NCBI GenBank assembly: GCA_937997415.1
Contig: CALKVL010000017.1
Span: 44,504 to 108,503, forward strand
Direction: 5' to 3'
Length of the DNA stretch: 64,000 nt
Source of the DNA: an uncultured Phycisphaerales bacterium
Lineage (GTDB): Bacteria; Planctomycetota; Phycisphaerae; Phycisphaerales; UBA1924
A program made the position numbers and the translations under genes. Below, in pieces: positions 33,909-42,000 of this stretch. The notes beneath the pieces were generated by a model. The model did not search any database, was not told the DNA's origin, and was given only the letters and a program-made list of their open reading frames with translations. Position 1 is the stretch's first letter. Every line of letters begins with the position of its first letter.

Positions 33909-36900
33909 TTACGTCGCGAGTGCCGGGAGTGCGGGGACGGTCGCCTCTACGCGGCGTGACTTGGCACCCGCGACGAGGATGTAGATCGAGGGAACAATCA
34001 GAAGCGTGAAGATCGTAGAAATCGCCATACCGCTGACGAGAACGATGCCGATGCTGTTGCGTGCCATCGCCCCCGCGCCCGTGACAAGAACCAGCGGGAA
34101 GTGACCGAAGACGGTGGCCACGCTCGTCATAAGGATGGGCCGCAGGCGGGTCATGGCCGCCTCGCGGACGGCGTCTCGCTTGGAGAGGCCGCTTTCCTGC
34201 AGGTGATTCGCGAACTCCACGATCAGGATGCCGTTCTTGGCCACCAATCCAACGAGGGTGATGAGACCGACCTGAGAGTAAATGTTGATGGTGGTCCAGC
34301 CGAGGAAGGTAAAGACGAGCGCGCCGCTGATGGCCAGTGGCACCGAACCAAGCAGCACGATCAACGGGTCTCGGAAACTGCTGAACTGTGCCGCCAGAAC
34401 GAGGTAGATCAGACCCAGCGCGAAGCCCAGGGTGACCGCCAGGCTTGCCCCTTCCATTCGGAGCTGGCGGCTCTCACCCGCGAAGTCGATGGCGTAGCCG
34501 GGCGGGAGCACCGCCCGTGCCGCGGCTTCGAGCGCATCAAGGGCCTCTGCCTTGGTCACACCCGGTGCCACGCCGCCGTAGATCTTGACGCTGTTGCGTT
34601 GCTGGAAACGATTGAGTGTGCGCGGTGCGGCGATCGTTTCCAGACGCACAAAACTGCCCACGCTCACCAGGCCGCCGTCACGGGCCCGCACTTTCATCTG
34701 AAGGATCTGGTCGGGGGTGGCGCGGCCCGCCTCTTCGATCTGCGGGATGACCTTGTAACTGCGTCCGTCGTAGTTGAAGCGGTTGACGTACCCGCCCGAG
34801 AGCATGATCGAGAGATCTCTGCCGACCGAGGCGAGGTCCAGTCCCATGTCGGCGACTTTTTCACGGTCGATGATGATCCGCGTCTGGGGCAGGTCGATTT
34901 TGAGATCGGTGTCGGCGAACATGAACTTGCCGGTGCCGAAGGCCGCGCCGACCAGGCCGCCTGCCACCTGGGCCATTTCTTCCGGCGAGTCCTGGCTGGT
35001 GATGAGGAGTTCGACATCGAACTGCCCCGCGCCGGGCAGTGGTGGAGGCAGCACGGGGAAGGCCGTGACACCGGCGATCACACTGACCATGCCGTAGGCC
35101 TGCGGCTGGATGTCCTTCGTGGTCCGCTCGCGCTCCTTCCACTTCTTCAGATTGACGCCGCCGAAGCCCGAGGACGGTGACATCAGAACACGCCAACTGA
35201 ACTCCGCTTCCGGCAAGTCCATCAGGGTCGTGGAGACGGCCGTCGCGGCCTGTTTGGTCGCCTCCAGCGAGGAATCCGGCGATCCGGACAGGACGAAGAA
35301 GATGCCGCCCTCATCCTCCGTCGGGGCTAGTTCCTTGCCGGACATCGAGTACAAGGGGACCGCGGCCAAGGCGATCAGCACCGCCGCGAAAGCCATCGAC
35401 CAGCGCAGATCGAGCGTCACGCCGAGCACCCGACCGTACAGGCGACGCACTCTGTCAAAGCCCCTGTTGACCAGCCGCGTGAGCACCCCCTCTCGCCCGT
35501 GAGCGGGGACCAGTCGAGAACTCATCATGGGTGAGAGTGTCAGCGCCACAATACCCGAAACGACTACCGCCGCGGCGAGCGTGAAGGCGAACTCCTTGAA
35601 CAGAACCCCCGTCAGGCCTGTCTGGAAGCCGATGGGCGCGTAGACCGCGGCGAGCGTGATGGTCATGGAGATGACCGGTGAGGCCAGTTCGCGCGCGCCC
35701 AGAAGGGCCGCATCGATGCGGCTTCGGCCTTCTCGCACGTGCCGCTCGACATTCTCGACCATGACGATGGCATCGTCGACGACCAGGCCAACGCAGAGCA
35801 CCAGCGCGAGGATGGTGAGCAGGTTCAGGCTGAACCCGAAAACGGACATGAAGATGCACGCGCCCGCGATGGAGATGGGGATCGCCACCAGCGGCACCAG
35901 GACGGTGCGGATGGAGCCCATGAAGAGAAAGACGACGATCGCGACGATGGCGATGGTCTCGGCGAGGGTGGTGCCGATGGCCTTGAGGGCGTTGTCCATG
36001 TAGAACGTGCCGTCGTACGCCAGCTGCATTTCGATGCTTGGCGGAAGACGAGGGCGCAGGCGTTCCATGGTTGCCCTGAGTCGCTTGGCCACCTCCAGTT
36101 CGTTCGAGCGGGGCAACGGCCAGACCGACAGGTACACCGCCGGCTCAGCGTTCAGCCCCGCTTCGGCGGTCGGTTCTTCACTGCCCAGTTCGACGCGGGC
36201 CACATCGCGCAGCCGCACGATGGTACCCTTTCGTTCGCGGACGATGAGCTGCTCGAACTCGTGCGGTGATCGCAGGTCGGTGTTGGTCAGGAGGTCGATC
36301 TGGACATCCCGGCTCTTGGTCCGGCCCACCGCGGCGAGGTAGTTGTTCCGGCGCAGCGAGTCGTAGACCTCGCCGGGGGTCACGTCGAGGGCCGTGAGGC
36401 GCGATTCGCTGAGCCAGATGCGCATCGCCAGGTAGCGGGGGCCTTCGATGCCGCAGCGCTGGACGCCCTCGATCGTGGAGAGTTCGGGCCTTACTTCCCG
36501 GTCGAGATACTCGGTGAGTCGGGAGAGGTCAAGTTCCTTGCTCGTGAAACTCAGGTAGAACGTGGCGAAGGGCCTGTCCGCGCGCTGGATGTCGATCACG
36601 GGGCTTTCGGCCTCGGGCGGGAGTTCGCTGCGGACCTGGTTGAGCCGGGCCCCGATCTCCGCGAGGGCGTCGTTGCTGTCGTGGTTGAGCCGAAGCCGTA
36701 CCGTGATCGTGCTCATGCCCGCGGCGCTTGAACTCTCGATGTAGTCGATCCCGTCGATCGCCGACACCGCCCGCTCGATCGGGGTCGTGATGAACCCTCG
36801 CACCGTTTCGGCGCTGGCCCCGATGTACATCGTCGTGATCACGACCGATGTGGACTCGATGCGCGGGTATTGGCGGATCGGCAAGTTGCTCGCCGCGCGC

Positions 36901-36980
36901 CACCCCACGGCGAGGATGATGAGGTTCAGAACGACCGCCAGCACGGGCCGATTGATGAAGATATCGGTGAAGGATCGCAT
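33909..36980 (-). CDS. RND efflux transporter permease (AcrB/HAE1-like)
   Basis: 1023 aa. FINRPVLAVVLNLIILAVG N-terminus, 12-TM RND architecture, and the family-typical VGLVVDDAIVMVEN motif. Confidence 0.95.
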   Translation of the reverse strand: MRSFTDIFINRPVLAVVLNLIILAVGWRAASNLPIRQYPRIESTSVVITTMYIGASAETVRGFITTPIERAVSAIDGIDYIESSSAAGMSTITVRLRLNHDSNDALAEIGARLNQVRSELPPEAESPVIDIQRADRPFATFYLSFTSKELDLSRLTEYLDREVRPELSTIEGVQRCGIEGPRYLAMRIWLSESRLTALDVTPGEVYDSLRRNNYLAAVGRTKSRDVQIDLLTNTDLRSPHEFEQLIVRERKGTIVRLRDVARVELGSEEPTAEAGLNAEPAVYLSVWPLPRSNELEVAKRLRATMERLRPRLPPSIEMQLAYDGTFYMDNALKAIGTTLAETIAIVAIVVFLFMGSIRTVLVPLVAIPISIAGACIFMSVFGFSLNLLTILALVLCVGLVVDDAIVMVENVERHVREGRSRIDAALLGARELASPVISMTITLAAVYAPIGFQTGLTGVLFKEFAFTLAAAVVVSGIVALTLSPMMSSRLVPAHGREGVLTRLVNRGFDRVRRLYGRVLGVTLDLRWSMAFAAVLIALAAVPLYSMSGKELAPTEDEGGIFFVLSGSPDSSLEATKQAATAVSTTLMDLPEAEFSWRVLMSPSSGFGGVNLKKWKERERTTKDIQPQAYGMVSVIAGVTAFPVLPPPLPGAGQFDVELLITSQDSPEEMAQVAGGLVGAAFGTGKFMFADTDLKIDLPQTRIIIDREKVADMGLDLASVGRDLSIMLSGGYVNRFNYDGRSYKVIPQIEEAGRATPDQILQMKVRARDGGLVSVGSFVRLETIAAPRTLNRFQQRNSVKIYGGVAPGVTKAEALDALEAAARAVLPPGYAIDFAGESRQLRMEGASLAVTLGFALGLIYLVLAAQFSSFRDPLIVLLGSVPLAISGALVFTFLGWTTINIYSQVGLITLVGLVAKNGILIVEFANHLQESGLSKRDAVREAAMTRLRPILMTSVATVFGHFPLVLVTGAGAMARNSIGIVLVSGMAISTIFTLLIVPSIYILVAGAKSRRVEATVPALPALAT

Positions 36981-37051
36981 GCGGATGTGTGTCGTGGGTG
37001 TGGCGAGATGTGGTGAAGTATCGGGGTGATGAGGACGAGGCGATTGAACGT

Positions 37052-38260
37052 TCAGTGCGGCTTTGATGAGGGGTGGGAGCCGCCCGAGGCCGTCGCCGGC
37101 GGTGCCTCGATCACGAGCGAACCTTCGCGTAGTTTGAAGGAGCCGGTCGCCGCGATGCGGTCGCCCGGCTTCACCCCTTCGAGCACGATCACATCGTTCT
37201 CAACCATGGGTCCGAGTTTCACGAAGCGCTGCGTGGCTCGCATCGTGTCGGGCTTATCGCCTGGGATGATCACAAAGACCTGATCCCCGTACGAGGTCCG
37301 CCGCACTGCGGTGGCGGGCACCACTGTGTAGGGCTTCTCCGGTTCGACCGGCACGCGGATCTGCACGAACATGCCGGGTCGCAGCCGGCCCTGGGGGTCG
37401 TGCACACTCGCACGCACCCGGACGTTCCGGGTGTCGTTGTTTACCGTTGCATCGACGGCAACGACCGTGATGATGATCGGTTCGGGTCCCATGACCGGGC
37501 ACGTTGCATCGACTTCCAGGCCGGGGGACACCCGTGCGAGATACTCCTGCGGGATGGCGAAGTCCAGGTGGGTTGTATCCTTGACCTCCTGTAGCATCAC
37601 GACCGCCGCCCCCTCGGCCAGGTACTGCCCCTCGTGAACGTTCTTCAACCCGACCCGGGCGCGGAAGGGGGCACGGATCGTGCGTTTGTCGAGGCGGGTC
37701 TGAACCTGGGCCACGCGGGCTTTCGCCTGCGAAACCTCCGCGTGCGTGCGTTCCAGATCCGCCTTGGCGCGGTCGACCTCGGCCTTCGCTCGGTCGTAAT
37801 CCATCGCCGAGGCCGCGCCGCGCTCTTTGGCGGTTGTCAGGCGGCCCAACTCTGACTCGGCCACCACGACGCGCGGCTGGGCCACCGTCACGTTCGTCTC
37901 GGCCACGCGGAGTGCGGCGTTGGCGGCATCCAGGTCCGCCCGATCCACGGCATCGTCCTGCATCAGGATGACCATACCCGGTTCAACGATCTGTCCCGAC
38001 TCGAAGGGCAGTTTGGTGATCACCCCGGCGAGTTCCGTGTTCACCATAATCGAGCGTTCGGCCAACACCGTCCCGACGAGGTCGGACATGGGCCTCCATA
38101 CCACTTGTCGCGCTTCGGCCAATCTCACCGCTTCGGCGGGCTCAAACGGCGGCGGGGGCGGTGCGTTGATCTGGCGGTATTTCCACCATGCCAACCCACC
38201 GCCGACGCACCCGAGTACCGTGAACATGAGAAAACCCGCCAACAAGGTCGAACGTTTCAC
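37052..38260 (-). CDS. RND efflux periplasmic adaptor (membrane fusion protein)
   Basis: The GTG start overlaps the tetR stop (GTGA) and has GAGAGGAG upstream. N-terminal TM segment, coiled-coil hairpin (AEVDRAKADLERTHAEVSQAKARVAQ) and beta-barrel C-terminus. Confidence 0.9.
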   Translation of the reverse strand: MKRSTLLAGFLMFTVLGCVGGGLAWWKYRQINAPPPPPFEPAEAVRLAEARQVVWRPMSDLVGTVLAERSIMVNTELAGVITKLPFESGQIVEPGMVILMQDDAVDRADLDAANAALRVAETNVTVAQPRVVVAESELGRLTTAKERGAASAMDYDRAKAEVDRAKADLERTHAEVSQAKARVAQVQTRLDKRTIRAPFRARVGLKNVHEGQYLAEGAAVVMLQEVKDTTHLDFAIPQEYLARVSPGLEVDATCPVMGPEPIIITVVAVDATVNNDTRNVRVRASVHDPQGRLRPGMFVQIRVPVEPEKPYTVVPATAVRRTSYGDQVFVIIPGDKPDTMRATQRFVKLGPMVENDVIVLEGVKPGDRIAATGSFKLREGSLVIEAPPATASGGSHPSSKPH

Positions 38261-38925
38261 GCTCGCAAACTCCTCTCAGCCGAGTCCGGCAGAGCCGGTG
38301 ATGAGCCGTCAACTCCGCGGGGTGCAAGTTCATTCCCGCCGCATGCTAACCGCTCCAGTGCCTCCCGCAGCGCATCCAGACGCTTCGGCGTCATCTCCGC
38401 CAGACCAAAGATCCATCCAAACCAGATTCCGTCCATCGCCATCTTGACCGCCTCGCCCGCCCCGGGCGGCAGCCCATCTTCCGCGAGACGCTCGGTGATC
38501 TCCCGGTGAACATCGCGCAACGGCTCCACTCGACGCGGATCATGCACCAGCGCGGCCACTAGAACCAACCCGCTCCGCCTCATTTCTTCCGTCCATTTGT
38601 CCGTGGATGAAAGACACAGACCGAGGAGCGCCCGAGCCACTCGTCCATCGCCGGGACCTTGTCGCTCGATCGCCGCGATGCATTCACCCCGCCAGCCGCA
38701 CAACTTCCGTTCAACCAATGAATCAATCAGTGCATCTTTGCTCGGGAAGTAATGAAGCAGGCCACCCTTGCTCGCGCCGGCTTGTTTCGCCACTGCATCG
38801 AGGGTCAAAGATCCGATCCCATCGCGCAAAATGACTTCCTCCGCTGCGTCCAAGACGGCATCACGTTGGGTGCTGCGGCGAGGGGTGATATCAGAGGTCT
38901 TTGAGTTGTTTACTGGGGGTGGCAA
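38257..38925 (-). CDS. TetR/AcrR family transcriptional regulator (start probably TTG at 38925, alternatively GTG at 39009)
   Basis: LDAAEEVILRDGIGSLTLDAVAKQAGASKGGLLHYFPSKDALI is the TetR HTH. A consensus promoter lies inside the GTG-extended ORF (see next feature). Confidence 0.85.
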   Translation of the reverse strand: MPPPVNNSKTSDITPRRSTQRDAVLDAAEEVILRDGIGSLTLDAVAKQAGASKGGLLHYFPSKDALIDSLVERKLCGWRGECIAAIERQGPGDGRVARALLGLCLSSTDKWTEEMRRSGLVLVAALVHDPRRVEPLRDVHREITERLAEDGLPPGAGEAVKMAMDGIWFGWIFGLAEMTPKRLDALREALERLACGGNELAPRGVDGSSPALPDSAERSLRA

Positions 38926-38931
38926 GTGCGA

Positions 38932-38972
38932 ACTATACCGTCCGGACGGTCGATATTCAACCGACCGGACGG
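38932..38972 (-). promoter_or_regulatory. Promoter and palindromic operators of the tetR-MFP-RND operon
   Basis: Minus-strand reading: TTGAAT (38960-38955), 17 bp, TATAGT (38937-38932), 6 nt, TTG start. A 14-bp perfect palindrome ACCGTCCGGACGGT (38937-38950) fills the spacer. A second half-related site, CCGACCGGACGG, lies at 38961-38972. Confidence 0.5.
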
Positions 38973-39023
38973 CTTGCCCGTTTATTTGGATATAGTTCGT
39001 GCTTATCACTTCATTAACATTGG

Positions 39024-39051
39024 AAAAAACGCTCCGGCGCGGGCCGGAGCG
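39024..39051 (-). terminator. Rho-independent terminator of the 1697-aa gene
   Basis: Stem CGCTCCGG / CCGGAGCG with a 6-nt loop, followed on the minus strand by TTTTTT (39029-39024). Confidence 0.7.
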
Positions 39052-39090
39052 TACTGGTTTTGAACTGAGTTCTGTGCTTGCCGCAGTGCG

Positions 39091-42000
39091 TCAACAACTC
39101 CCATTTTCCCAGGCAAAGAAGAATACTTGTACATCGCTGCCGTCGATGCCGCCATCCTGGTTGACATCTGCATCGGCGATGCCGTTCTGCCACGCCTCGA
39201 AGAAGGACTCGACATCGGCGCCGTCGAAGCCGCCATCGTTGTTGAAGTCGCCGACACAGCCGGGGGGTGGGTCGCCGCAGTGCTCATCACAATAGTTCAC
39301 GCGCTGCGTCAATACCGTCTCGTACATGATGTCGTACATGTTCTTTGATTGCCAATCCTCGAGCAGGATGTAGTGTCTCTCCCAGTCATACTTGAAGAAC
39401 TGGAGCAGTCGCTGCAGCCAGCGCCGTGTGTGAGGCAACGGGCGTGCCCGGCGTATCTGAATGCTGTGCGGTACATCGCCGCCCGCACCGACAAACCCGG
39501 GACGGATCAGCGGTGCATTGTCGAAGGGGTACCGGGTGTTCGGCACATGAGCGAAGACCGCAGGGTCGTCCACGACCCAACTTTCTTCATCGCAGGCGGC
39601 CCCGAAGGAGGAATTGTAATCGCGATCCCCGTTCGGCCCGGCGAAGTGATCCGCCGTGCTTTGGAGGAAGGAGTAATGGTTGGGCTTGCGGTTCCGTGGG
39701 TTGTAGCCGCCGGTCAGCTTGTACTCTCGTTGAACCGGCTGAATCATGCCGGACGGTGAGAGGTAGGGTGTTGCCGAAGCGCCTACGAGGAGCGGATGGA
39801 CCACCAGCCCGATCGACGGGAACGGAGCGAACCACTTGTCTCTCACCTGGTCGATGAAGAGGCCGATCGCTTTCGTGGGTTGGCCCCGACCCGCGGGGCT
39901 GAATAGGCCGCGGTCGAAGACCTTGCCGAAGAGAACCGGCAGGTCGAGTTGGGGGCGGTAGCCCGCGGGCCTCAGAAGCGGGTGGTTGGCGCTCGAGAGC
40001 GCGCTGTCGAAACTCACGGTGTTGTCGTCAAAGCCCTGGAGCAGGAGGTACTTAATCGGCGCGAGACTGGTCGGGTGCCCGCCCGCAAGCGTGAGAGTCT
40101 TGATCGGCGTGGTGTTCTGATACGACCTCCATTTGTAGTGCATGACCACCGGCACCAGGTCCACGAGATTGCTGCGTGCCAGCGGCAGGAAGTCGAAGAG
40201 GTTGTCGCAGTCGATGCGACAGGCGTTGTTGCCGACACCGGTGATGTCGATCAGATCGAGCAGGATGTTGACCGCCGGGCAGAGCCAGGGAGGGAGCGTC
40301 GGAGGATTCGTCTGGAGGTAGCCGCCCAGCACGATCGCGGCCGTGGCCAGACGACTTCCGCCGAAGGCGCCCTGTATGGACACGTGCGCCTTGCACAACT
40401 CCGGGACATGCCCGACGTTGAGATTGGAGAACCGCGATGCGGCGGACATCGTGATGTCGGTCACCGGCGCTCCGGTGGAGTGCGACACCACGACATAACT
40501 GGGCGTGCCGAAGTTATTCTCGTACCGCCCCATCGGGTCGTAGACCCCGTGGGCCGCATCGCCATACTGCATGGCATCCGCGATCTGACGCATCATCGCC
40601 CTTGCGGCGACATCGAGACGCTGCGTCGCGGCATAACTGACGATGATGTAGCGGTTTCTGAAGCCCCGGCTGGTCATATATTCATGGATGTGATCCTCCC
40701 AGTATCGCTTCGCACCTTCGTGCCAGTAGCCGCCGGGGTAGAACTCGCTGATGTCATCAGGCCATTTGGTGTAGGCCCCCGGCGCGGTGGACTCGCTGCA
40801 GACCAGCCGTTCAAAGAGCGGGTCCAGACGTAGCCCGTGAACGAAGACAATGTCCCGCCCGCCGAAGAGATACTGCTGATCGGGGCAGGGGCAATACGCG
40901 GGGGGGTTGTGGTAGGAATAGGTGACGATGGCATCGCTGTCGGGCGTGAAGGGATCGACTTCGTTGCGTACTTCCTCGAGGATCTGCTCGTCCCACTTGC
41001 GGATGGTCTCCGCGAACTCATCGCAACTCACGCCGGTGATACCCAGTGCCGCGAGGTCCGCATCGCAGTTAGGCAGGTCCGTCTCCGGGGGCGGTGGGTC
41101 GCCGCCGATCGCAGGGTCGCAGGGGAAATCCTTCAACCACGTCACCAACTGGGTGTTGAGCGTGGGGTGGAGCGAACTGACGCGTCCCTGGATGTCGATG
41201 ATCCACGAACCTTCATCGAGCGAGCCGGGTTCGAGGTTCGGCGGGTAGGCGATCATGCCCGCGGGTCCGCGCTCGATCCCCTCCGATTCGCAGACGCATC
41301 GCCGTTCGAGCGTTTCCGTGCTGTTCATCCCGGGTTGTGAGAACAGATCGGCGTTGAGGTAGACCATCCTGTTCCGCGCGTTGTCGTAGCACATGCCGCT
41401 CTGGCCGTGCGCGGTGGGGGTGTCCTCCGCACGCACCCATTCAGCGCCGTCCCACTCCCATGTATCGCTCAGGAACTGCGTCCCGTTGTACCCGCCGTGC
41501 AGCACGACACGGTTGCACTTTGAGTCAAAGGCCATGGCCGAGATGGTGCGGGCGGGCGGGCCGCTGGTGCGGACCAGCGACCAGACCACACCGTCCCACT
41601 CCCATGTATCTCCCAATACCGACGAGCCTCCGGCCGTCTGGCCGCCGAAGAGAACCACCCGGCGACGGTGGGCGTCATACGCCATCGCGGGTGAATATCG
41701 GGGTGTCGGTGCCGGGCCGCCGAGTCCGACCTGGACCCAGCCGGCACCGTTCCATTCCCATGTGTCGGTCAACGGCCCCGTGCCTGTCCAACCGCCGAAG
41801 AGGACCGTCACGCCGCGGGCCGAGTCAAAGGCCATCGCGTGGCGGGAGCGGGCCGCCGGGCCGGGAGCGACCATCTGTGTCCACGTTGCGGTCAGCGCAT
41901 CAAACTCCCACGTATCGCCGCGGATGCCGGCCACGCCGACACCGCCTTCACCACCGAAGAGCACGGCTCGATCTCGGAACGTGTCGGTCGCGATGCCTGC

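Noticed and set aside
34101-36342. Plus-strand ORFs (34101..35180, 359 aa, and others) within the RND transporter gene
   Set aside because: They are antisense to an unmistakable 1023-aa AcrB-type permease.
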